Positions 33,295 through 40,831 of a stretch of 45,903 bases of DNA are shown here, piece after piece. Both the position numbers and the translations under genes were made by a program. Numbering within the stretch: the stretch's first letter is position 1; each line of letters begins with the position of its first letter. Source of the stretch: Candidatus Zixiibacteriota bacterium (GTDB lineage: Bacteria > Zixibacteria > MSB-5A5 > GN15 > FEB-12). The DNA is taken from NCBI GenBank assembly GCA_024275255.1, contig JAJRZL010000122.1:1-45903 (forward strand), given 5' to 3'. The notes under the pieces are model-generated. The model made no database searches, had not been told where the DNA came from, and was given only the letters and a program-made list of their open reading frames with translations.

Positions 33295-35176
33295 TCTTAT
33301 GTAACTGTTCCTTCTCCTGTTTGAGATTCACACCCGGTATGACAACATGGTTGAAGTATGGTCCGGACAGGTGTTTGCTGATTTCTGCCTTGAGGTATTT
33401 TGGCGGGGCTGACTGATGACAGGTGGTGCAGAGCGCAAGGTTCTTTTTGTCCGACAATTCCTCTGCTTTTTTCTTATGACAGGAAACACATAACTCGTGC
33501 ATTGCAGTGACATACGGTGGAGCGGTATAGTTTTCCACTTTGATGGGATTGTCACTGGGGAGTAAATCAAGATGGCAGTCATCACATTTTTTTGCTGTCT
33601 CCGCCTGTCGTTCTTTTCCTTTTGGATGACACTGGGTGCAGGCGATATTTCCACCATGAGCATCAGCATGCCAGTCATGGTTGAACGCATCAGTGGGAGA
33701 ATACATGTAACGGTGGCATTCCCAACAGCCGGTAGCTTTATCCATCGGCATATTCATATGGTGGCATTTGTCACAGGACTGCTTTTGCCCAAGACTGTCA
33801 ATATGTTGGGTATGGGCAAACAGGACACCGTACTCGTCATGGTTACCATCAATAAAAAGGGTGTCGCCACCTCGTGCTTTTTGTACCGGGACAATTTCCA
33901 CCCCTTTGCTTTCTATCTTGTGACTTGGTATAAGTGCAAAACCAAGAGCAAAACTGAGCAGAAGCACCAGAGTGTATTTGGTACGGGCGGCGAGGGGCGG
34001 AGTTCCCAGCCACACTTCCGAAGTATGATCAAATACCGGCGGGGTATAGGGTTCCCATTCGGGGTCCTGAGGTTTCTCTTTCCATATATGGAATCGTTCA
34101 ATAGCAAACAGAAACGCAAGACATGCCGCAGAGACGACCCCAAGACTGATTGTTATTTCCATCCATGAAGGCACATAAGTATCGCCGGTCGCCCGTAGCA
34201 TGGTCAGGCCGCCGACATTGATGCGGTTGAAAATCATGCCGAATACTACCATTGATGACCCTACCCATTGTCCGGCGGTACTGGTGCGTACTTTTTTTAT
34301 GGAAAACAGGATGATGGGAATAACAGTGGAAATCAACATTTCCAGAATAAACAAATATGATTCCCACGAGCCATCAAACATAAGATGCCATTCACCCGAG
34401 AGCCAGATGTCAGCCATTTTTACTATGAAATAAATAGATAATACCCAAACAGCTGCTTTTGCCAGTTTTTCGACAAGGTTGGTTTCCGGTTTCCGACGAA
34501 ACAGCCAGTGGGAGACAAGGCTTTCATAAGCAATCATCATCAGTCCAAGAGCAACAGCGGAAATAAAAAACAGCAGGGGAAGAATATGTGAATACCAGAG
34601 TGGGTGCAGTTTGAAGGGCATAATAAGAAACAAGGAACCGAGAGAAGACTGATGCAACGTAGAAAGCATAATACCCAACAACACCAGGGGAAAACGGAAT
34701 TTCATCAGGATACGCCGAATCCTTGCATAGCGGCTGGTTTCTTCAAGTGGAACCGGGCTGAATTCAAGAAGCAGTACCGTGGTGTAAAGCATTACGCACC
34801 AGCCGACTTCGAACAACGGTGAATGAGGGTTCCAGTATATCATCATGTGCCAGATATTCCACGGCAGCCCCAAGTCGAACAACAACCCGAACACAACAGC
34901 GAGATATCCAAGAAATGCGGTTAGTACTGCCGGTCGGACAAAGCTGTGAAATTCCTCTCGTTTGAATATGTAGAAAATAGCAGTAATAACAAATCCGCCC
35001 GCTGCCAGTGCTACTCCAGCCATGACATCGAAGCCAATCCAGATTCCCCACGGGGTGGCATCGGTAAGGTTGGTGGTTGCACCCAGACCGAACAGAAAAC
35101 GGGTAATACCGACCGCTCCGGCAAATCCGACAATTGACCAAAGAATAAGCTTGGTGATGCGAACTCGGTTATTCAT
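33287..35176 (-). CDS. NrfD/PsrC/DsrP-like polytopic membrane subunit fused to a C-terminal hexahaem cytochrome c domain
   Basis: The first ~400 aa form a multi-TM domain of NrfD type. An extra TM follows, then six CxxCH motifs (CDKCH, CWECH, CTQCH, CDDCH, CVSCH, CTTCH). Confidence 0.8.
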   Translation of the reverse strand: MNNRVRITKLILWSIVGFAGAVGITRFLFGLGATTNLTDATPWGIWIGFDVMAGVALAAGGFVITAIFYIFKREEFHSFVRPAVLTAFLGYLAVVFGLLFDLGLPWNIWHMMIYWNPHSPLFEVGWCVMLYTTVLLLEFSPVPLEETSRYARIRRILMKFRFPLVLLGIMLSTLHQSSLGSLFLIMPFKLHPLWYSHILPLLFFISAVALGLMMIAYESLVSHWLFRRKPETNLVEKLAKAAVWVLSIYFIVKMADIWLSGEWHLMFDGSWESYLFILEMLISTVIPIILFSIKKVRTSTAGQWVGSSMVVFGMIFNRINVGGLTMLRATGDTYVPSWMEITISLGVVSAACLAFLFAIERFHIWKEKPQDPEWEPYTPPVFDHTSEVWLGTPPLAARTKYTLVLLLSFALGFALIPSHKIESKGVEIVPVQKARGGDTLFIDGNHDEYGVLFAHTQHIDSLGQKQSCDKCHHMNMPMDKATGCWECHRYMYSPTDAFNHDWHADAHGGNIACTQCHPKGKERQAETAKKCDDCHLDLLPSDNPIKVENYTAPPYVTAMHELCVSCHKKKAEELSDKKNLALCTTCHQSAPPKYLKAEISKHLSGPYFNHVVIPGVNLKQEKEQLHKNE

Positions 35177-35209
35177 TTGTTTTGTCCCCTCCCTTGTCTT
35201 GTGCCAGTT

Positions 35210-35932
35210 TCATCCGTCGTCGAATAATCCAGTTGATTCCATACATCGCCCCCCCATACCGACAAATGCAAACGGCACTGCTTTCATTGCCAGTCTGGTA
35301 GTTGCCGGTAACGGGGTCGCTCCTGGATTTGGCTGATAGGCAAGAAAACCAAGGTCGATATCTGAGATATACAGGACAGAAGTCCCTCCGACTTCATGTT
35401 CCCCCCAAACCTTATGAATATATGTATCCGGTTCCTGTTTTATACGATGGTGTGCCTCTGCCAGTAGTTCATCACGCTCACCAAAAATGGTCGCCTTTTG
35501 AGGGCAAACTTCCGTGCAGGCAGGTTGTTGTCCTCGTTGTAAACGGTCGTAGCACATGATACATTTGCGGATATAGGGAACTACCTGATCCCAGTCATAA
35601 CGGGGAATACCATACGGGCAAGCCATCATACAGTAGCGGCATCCGAGACAACGTTCACTGTCATAAATAACCGGACCTTCCGGCGTCTTTTGCAAAGCAC
35701 CAACCGGGCAGACAGAAGCGCAAGCCGGTTCGAGACAATGACGGCATTGTTTACGAATATAATGATTCCCCGGTTTCTGGAGTACGGAGGTCCAGTTCTG
35801 CGCTGAAAGTCCGTCGTTTTTCTGCCAGACACGGGGGACATCCGTACCCAGATTGTTTACGGTTTTACAAGCGGATACACACTCTAGGCAACCGATACAT
35901 TTAGTAATATCAGTCAGGATAGCAACACTCAC
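35210..35932 (-). CDS. Four-cluster 4Fe-4S ferredoxin-type subunit (NrfC/PsrB/DsrO/HmcB-like), no recognisable signal peptide
   Basis: The Cys groups are CIGCLECVSAC, CRHCLEPACASVCP, CLGCRYCMMACP and CIMCYDRL...ACTEVCP. The GTG start overlaps the upstream TGA (GTGA). Confidence 0.85.
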   Translation of the reverse strand: MSVAILTDITKCIGCLECVSACKTVNNLGTDVPRVWQKNDGLSAQNWTSVLQKPGNHYIRKQCRHCLEPACASVCPVGALQKTPEGPVIYDSERCLGCRYCMMACPYGIPRYDWDQVVPYIRKCIMCYDRLQRGQQPACTEVCPQKATIFGERDELLAEAHHRIKQEPDTYIHKVWGEHEVGGTSVLYISDIDLGFLAYQPNPGATPLPATTRLAMKAVPFAFVGMGGRCMESTGLFDDG

Positions 35933-36633
35933 ACCGGCGCTCCTTTCTTGTTGAGTGTGGTACAGATAGCATCATCAGTATCTGCCGGGAATTTCCACGC
36001 CAGATTGGAAACGAATTGCGACAACGGCATTAATACGCAATGCGCTATCTTGGTGAATGGCATCAGAATGAAAATGAGCTCAGCCGATAACACATGAGTC
36101 AGCATGAGCAACTGGTAGAGCTTTGGGCTGATAGTGAGATTAGCGCATACATAACCGGATATAAAAGGAACCAGCAACAGCAGGGGCCAGAGATAATCCT
36201 GAAACCGACTGAGGAAACTCGAGGAACGGGTAAATACTCTCCCGATAAATAAAGCAATACCGCTGGCAATAGTAAGAATAGTCAGCCAGTCAGCCCACTC
36301 TTTCGACAATGTGAACCAACCGAACCCGATAGCCTGTTTCCACAGGTGCACATGTGCAAACAGAAATACTGGAACCAACAGTAACCCGACATGAAATAAT
36401 ATGGAAATACTGCTGAATATCGGTCGGTATTTGAACACCCGGTTGATTGGGATAAACCACTGGAGGCTACGGCTGATTATCAACCCCCACGGGAGGTCTT
36501 TTTCTCCGGCTTTGCGATAGGCATCGTACGCACCCAGCAAGTCCAATACAATAACCCGTAACAATCCCAGCGCCATAATGGCAAAGCTGAAACGAAAGAA
36601 GGGACCGCGGGCGAAATCAAGCAACGCATCCAT
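35929..36633 (-). CDS. NarI/DsrM/HdrE-like membrane di-haem b subunit
   Basis: It is a ~5-6 TM protein with conserved His in TM helices (FHVGLL, HVHLW, LTHVL) and the family-typical MPFTKIAHCVLMP motif. Confidence 0.7.
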   Translation of the reverse strand: MDALLDFARGPFFRFSFAIMALGLLRVIVLDLLGAYDAYRKAGEKDLPWGLIISRSLQWFIPINRVFKYRPIFSSISILFHVGLLLVPVFLFAHVHLWKQAIGFGWFTLSKEWADWLTILTIASGIALFIGRVFTRSSSFLSRFQDYLWPLLLLVPFISGYVCANLTISPKLYQLLMLTHVLSAELIFILMPFTKIAHCVLMPLSQFVSNLAWKFPADTDDAICTTLNKKGAPV

Positions 36634-36636
36634 ACG

Positions 36637-38124
36637 CTATACCTCCTTTAGGGTGTCATGTTTTTTCTCAACGGGGATTTTCAGGGAATCATCGAATATG
36701 ATGGCTTTGTAAATCAGGTCGTGCAACCCGACAACTTCGCAGTCAATCCCCTGGTCTTCGACCAATTCCCGTAATTGTTTCTTGCAGTTAGCGCACGGTG
36801 CCACTAACACCTCACAACCACATGCCCGGATCTGGTCGGCTTTCAGTTTACCGCCTACGGTTGTCCGGTAGGGACGGATCTCATCGATGGAAACCGTTCC
36901 GCCGCCACCGCCACAGCAAATGTTGTCATCACCGTTGGGGGTCATTTCGATATAATTAGGACAAAACGCTTTCAGGAGTTCACGCGGTTGCTCAATTATC
37001 CACCGTTGGCGGGCAAGGTTGCAAGGGTCATGGTATGCAACTTTTTCGGTAACGACGTTGGGATCGAGTTTCAAGCGTCCTTCTTTCCAGACCCGGTGGG
37101 TATATTCGATGATATTGATTACCGGAAAAGCATCTTTATAACCACAATAGGTTGGCAGGAAACATTTGGCACTTCGGGAGGCATGACCACATTCTCCAAT
37201 GAGGACGTTTTTCCCATTCAGGCGGCGTGTTTCGGCATCAACTTTTTTCACAATACGCTCAAGCATCCGGTCGCTGTAAAACAAGCCGTAGTTGATGCCA
37301 TCAAAGTAGCCGGTACCGATTGTCCATGAATCACCGGTGGCAGTGAAAACCGCAGCAATACCCATCAAAGTTTCCGCTTCCATCAGAAAATCACTGACTG
37401 CCGGGAAAAAGACATAGTCAGCACCTTCAACATCAATGGGAAACTTGATTTCCACTCTCTTGTCCTCAAGCATATCTTCGGAGAGGAACTCAAGCGTGTC
37501 CAGTAATGCCGGGACCGGGATAGCAGATGTATTCCCGGATGCACCTTCCAGTTGTTCGCGGGTGCTGACCACCAATGCCCGGGGAGCGATACCGATTTCA
37601 CTTAAAATGTACCTCCCCAGATGAGTAATAAGTCCGTGGTCGATACCGGTTGGACATTCCAGGGCACAGCGTCGGCAGGCAGTACAGTTCCAGAAGCTGT
37701 CTGCCATTTCTTCAATCATCTCATCCGTCAGGTGACCGGTTACCAGCAGGCGTCCTTTGAGCATTCCACCGAGAGTGAAATGACGACGATACACGTTCAA
37801 CAGGAGTTCCGAGCGATAGCAGGGAATATCTTTCGGGTCGCCGGTAGCCTGATATATTTGACAGGAAGTAGCGCAACGGGCGCATTTGGCAGTGGACCGA
37901 ATATAATGGTCAAGTGCCAATCGATAACTGGAATGTTTCAGGATTGCTGCAAATGCCTGAAGAAACCGGCGCGGGCGGTCTTCGACATCATAGTCCTCGA
38001 CATGATAACGAACCGGTAACCGCTGGCGTTCTATTACCTCCGGTTTTTTGGGGATAGCAAATGCCTTTTTACGTTCCTCAGGGGTTATAATGTTTGTTTT
38101 TATTCTCATTCTATGCTCCAGCAA
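36637..38124 (-). CDS. HdrD/DsrK/HmeD-like Fe-S oxidoreductase with CCG domains
   Basis: It has two ferredoxin-type Cys motifs (CARCATSC...C and CTACRRCALECP) and CCG-type motifs (HDPCNL...NICCGGGGG, APCANCKKQL). Confidence 0.8.
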   Translation of the reverse strand: MLEHRMRIKTNIITPEERKKAFAIPKKPEVIERQRLPVRYHVEDYDVEDRPRRFLQAFAAILKHSSYRLALDHYIRSTAKCARCATSCQIYQATGDPKDIPCYRSELLLNVYRRHFTLGGMLKGRLLVTGHLTDEMIEEMADSFWNCTACRRCALECPTGIDHGLITHLGRYILSEIGIAPRALVVSTREQLEGASGNTSAIPVPALLDTLEFLSEDMLEDKRVEIKFPIDVEGADYVFFPAVSDFLMEAETLMGIAAVFTATGDSWTIGTGYFDGINYGLFYSDRMLERIVKKVDAETRRLNGKNVLIGECGHASRSAKCFLPTYCGYKDAFPVINIIEYTHRVWKEGRLKLDPNVVTEKVAYHDPCNLARQRWIIEQPRELLKAFCPNYIEMTPNGDDNICCGGGGGTVSIDEIRPYRTTVGGKLKADQIRACGCEVLVAPCANCKKQLRELVEDQGIDCEVVGLHDLIYKAIIFDDSLKIPVEKKHDTLKEV

Positions 38125-38135
38125 GCATTACCTGT

Positions 38136-38939
38136 TTATTGCAGGTTATTCTGAGTTGTATGTATTTCTTTTCCTGTCTTTTTTGGTGTTGCAAGTGACG
38201 CCTTTTCGTGGTTCAATACCGGTCCTTGTAAAATTGGCAGTTTATCCGGTGAGTGAGGTTCACCTGCTATATCTTTTGTATCAGGATCAATAAGCTCAAT
38301 GCCATATTCACGGCAGCACTCTTCAATATTGGGTCGGGAAGGGCATATATACACCCGGGCATGATATCCACTGGGGGTGGCATGATGAAATTCCTGAATC
38401 TCCTGCGAATGACGGTAAGTTTGCGCTCCACAACAGATAGCAACTTTTACCGTGCGATGACAACAAGGGCATTCAATTTTTGCCACCAAATCAACAAGGT
38501 AATGGTCTTTATCGGGTGCCGGAGTGACCCGGTACCCATGAGATTCAAAAAGGTTCTTTGCCCAGTCAACAAGGTCGTTGTGTGAGATACTGCATGATTC
38601 AAAGGCTTCATCGGGGGGACAGCTATGGGTGGTTAATTCTCCCGCAAGGTATTTTTTCAGAGTCGTTGAGAAGGATTCGCCGATATTGCAAATAACAGTT
38701 ACCCCAGAAGCCGTGAGCATATCACGGTAAAAACCTTTGATACCATTGCAAATTAACGTTCCGACTTTGTGCATCTGGAGCAGGCGAACTCTCCGGAGAC
38801 CTTCCTGACCGGAAAGATTGACAACCTGTGAAGATAGAACCCGGTTGCTTTTGTCAACTTCAGCTATCCAGAATGTTCCCGCAGCTTCAAAACAGGGGGC
38901 TATCTGGGTACCGAACTGTGGTATTGCAATTTTCACCAT
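38136..38939 (-). CDS. NifX/NifB-C-terminal-like (dinitrogenase FeMo-cofactor-binding fold) protein with a Cys/His-rich C-terminal extension
   Basis: The N-terminal ~105 aa (VKIAIPQFGTQIAPCFEAAGTFWIAEVD...LICNGIKGFYRDMLTASGVTVI) fit the small NifX-like family. The C-terminal ~150 aa carry CPCCH, CC and ECC motifs. ATG 38939 is preferred over TTG 38951 because of the promoter position. Confidence 0.6.
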   Translation of the reverse strand: MVKIAIPQFGTQIAPCFEAAGTFWIAEVDKSNRVLSSQVVNLSGQEGLRRVRLLQMHKVGTLICNGIKGFYRDMLTASGVTVICNIGESFSTTLKKYLAGELTTHSCPPDEAFESCSISHNDLVDWAKNLFESHGYRVTPAPDKDHYLVDLVAKIECPCCHRTVKVAICCGAQTYRHSQEIQEFHHATPSGYHARVYICPSRPNIEECCREYGIELIDPDTKDIAGEPHSPDKLPILQGPVLNHEKASLATPKKTGKEIHTTQNNLQ

Positions 38940-38959
38940 CTCCTCCAGCAATAAAGTAA

Positions 38960-38975
38960 TGCAACAGTTGTGCCA
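38960..38975 (-). promoter_or_regulatory. Sigma-54 (-24/-12) promoter for the redox-complex operon
   Basis: The minus strand reads TGGCAC-AACTG-TTGCA, a perfect match to TGGCAC-N5-TTGCW. The predicted start site is about 10 nt upstream of ATG 38939. A sigma-54 activator gene lies next door. Confidence 0.65.
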
Positions 38976-39037
38976 AATACATGAACGTTTTTATTATGTT
39001 GGTATGTAATGGGTTATGCGTTTGTTGGTTGAGGTGG

Positions 39038-39122
39038 TGTTGCATATATCGCAACACATACTGTTGCGTTGCAATAGCTACTTGTTGCGTTGCAACACTT
39101 CACTGGTAGTGTTGTTGCAACA
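39038..39122. promoter_or_regulatory. Four TGTTGC/GCAACA palindromic sites; candidate upstream activator sequences for the adjacent enhancer-binding protein
   Basis: The sites are TGTTGC-N7-GCAACA (39038-39056), TGTTGCGTTGCAA (39062-39074), TGTTGCGTTGCAACA (39083-39097) and TGTTGCAACA (39113-39122). They lie 65-150 bp upstream of the sigma-54 promoter. Confidence 0.45.
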
Positions 39123-39132
39123 GTTGAACTAT

Positions 39133-40473
39133 TCAGGGAGTGATGCCGTAACGCTTGAGTTTACGCCAGAGAGTAGTTCGGTGAATACCCAGTTCGCGGG
39201 CGGCGTGGGTGATATTTCCCTTATATTTTTTCAATATCGTAATTATCCGGCTTTGTTCGTCCATCGGGGTTTCATCTTCGCTGCTGCTTGAAGTTGCCTG
39301 ATACTTTGCTGAATCTTCCGGTTGTAACAGTTCGAGGGGGAGATGTTCCTTTTTGATGATGCTGCCATGACAGATAACAAAACCGTATTCGATGATATTT
39401 TCCAGCTCGCGGATGTTCCCGGGGTAGTCGTGCTGCATAAGGATAGTCATAACTTCCGGGCTGACACTGATAATACGTTTCCCTTTACGGGCATTGAATT
39501 TTTTGATAAAATGGTCAACAAGGTACGGGATATCTTCACGCCGGTCTTTTAGGGGAGGGAGTTCAAATTTCACTACTGCCAACCGGAAGTATAAATCATC
39601 ACGAAACTTCCCCTGTGCTACCAGTTCTTTGAGGTCCTTGTTGGTAGCAGCGATGATACGAATATCAGCCTTGACCGGAGAAGTACTGCCGACTGGTTCG
39701 TATTCGCGTTGTTGCAGTAACCTGAGGAGTTTGACTTGTGTTGACAGGGGCAGGTCACCTATTTCATCAAAGAACACTGTTCCTCCGTTTGCCTGGGCGA
39801 GCTTGCCTTCTTTGTCCTGCTTGGCATCGGTAAAGGCGCCTTTCACATACCCGAATAATTCTGATTCAAACAGTTGATGGGGCAGCGTGCCGCAATTGAT
39901 AACCACATGCTTTTTCTCACGACGAGGGCTCAAACTGTGAATGGCATGAGCGAACAGTTCTTTACCGGAACCGGAAGGACCCTGAATGAGCACGGTACTT
40001 TCGCTTTCGGCAATATCAGGGAGGATGGCAAACAGCTTATGAATCTTGGAGCTTTTAGAAATGATGTCTTCAATCGAGTATTTTTTGTCCAGTTCTTTGC
40101 GTAAATGTTCGATAGCTGATAAATCACGGAATGTTTCCACCGCTCCGAGAACATTACCGGCATCATCACACAAAATTGCCGTAGAGATGCTGATAGGGAT
40201 TCTTTCTCCGCGACTGTTGATAATGCTCACCGGTCGGTCGATAGTTTCCATTCCGGTTTGCAGGGTTTGTTCGAGCAGGCAGTGCTCGCAAATATCAGAA
40301 TGAAGCACATCGGCGCATCGTTTACCGATTGCTTTTGATGCCGGGATACCGGTTATTTTTTCCGCAGCCCGGTTGAAGCTGGTAATAATGCGATCGTTAT
40401 CAACAGTAAAGACACCATCGGCAATAGAGTTCAGGATTACTTTGAAAAATCGCAGGTCTTCAGGGTCATTCAT
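39133..40473 (-). CDS. Sigma-54-dependent transcriptional activator (PAS - AAA+ - Fis-type HTH), no receiver domain
   Basis: It has Walker A (GPSGSGKE), ESELFGYVKGAFTDA (a GAFTGA variant) and a C-terminal HTH (ITHAARELGIHRTTLWRKLKRYGI). The start ATG 40473 has the SD AGGAAAGAGG upstream. The 57-codon ORF extension looks non-coding. Confidence 0.9.
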   Translation of the reverse strand: MNDPEDLRFFKVILNSIADGVFTVDNDRIITSFNRAAEKITGIPASKAIGKRCADVLHSDICEHCLLEQTLQTGMETIDRPVSIINSRGERIPISISTAILCDDAGNVLGAVETFRDLSAIEHLRKELDKKYSIEDIISKSSKIHKLFAILPDIAESESTVLIQGPSGSGKELFAHAIHSLSPRREKKHVVINCGTLPHQLFESELFGYVKGAFTDAKQDKEGKLAQANGGTVFFDEIGDLPLSTQVKLLRLLQQREYEPVGSTSPVKADIRIIAATNKDLKELVAQGKFRDDLYFRLAVVKFELPPLKDRREDIPYLVDHFIKKFNARKGKRIISVSPEVMTILMQHDYPGNIRELENIIEYGFVICHGSIIKKEHLPLELLQPEDSAKYQATSSSSEDETPMDEQSRIITILKKYKGNITHAARELGIHRTTLWRKLKRYGITP

Positions 40474-40831
40474 ACTGTTTTGTATCACCTCTTTCCTTTT
40501 CCTAATAAGTATACACAAATGACTATATAAAGGAAACTGCCAAATCAACATGAAACTGACAAATGTTATCTTACCGGATATCAAATACATAAGCTTTTTT
40601 GTGGATAAATTTTGTACAAGTTTATTCACAAAAAGTAATGTCATTACAAGTGAAACATCAACTTTTGATTGACAATTATTACCCGTAAAGACAATTTAGT
40701 ACCGTCCAGGGTTTGGTGCCGGGTAGCCTGTTTGTAATTTTCTCAATAACATACATTATATGGCTACTTTACCTGAGGGAGGTAGTTGGAGATGAAAACA
40801 TTTGAACCGTGATGTATTAAGGAGTATGTGA

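Noticed and set aside
33572-34168. A 198-aa plus-strand ORF opposite the NrfD-cytochrome fusion gene.
   Set aside because: It is antisense to six in-frame CxxCH motifs and NrfD-like helices, and it has no features of its own.
39104-39119. A plus-strand sigma-54-like element, TGGTAG-TGTTG-TTGCA (GG-N10-GC).
   Set aside because: It points into the 3' end of the activator gene (antisense) and matches the -24 box poorly. Its TTGCA belongs to the palindromic site, so it is probably a by-product of the palindrome.
39038-39122. The repeated TGTTGC...GCAACA units considered as a possible mini-CRISPR or other array.
   Set aside because: The units are only 10-19 bp, palindromic and irregularly spaced (21-30 bp), and sit just upstream of a sigma-54 promoter. 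They are better explained as activator binding sites. No cas genes are present.
40474-40644. A 57-codon N-terminal extension of the sigma-54 activator ORF.
   Set aside because: The stretch is AT-rich and promoter-like. ATG 40473 is preceded by AGGAAAGAGG and starts directly at the PAS domain.
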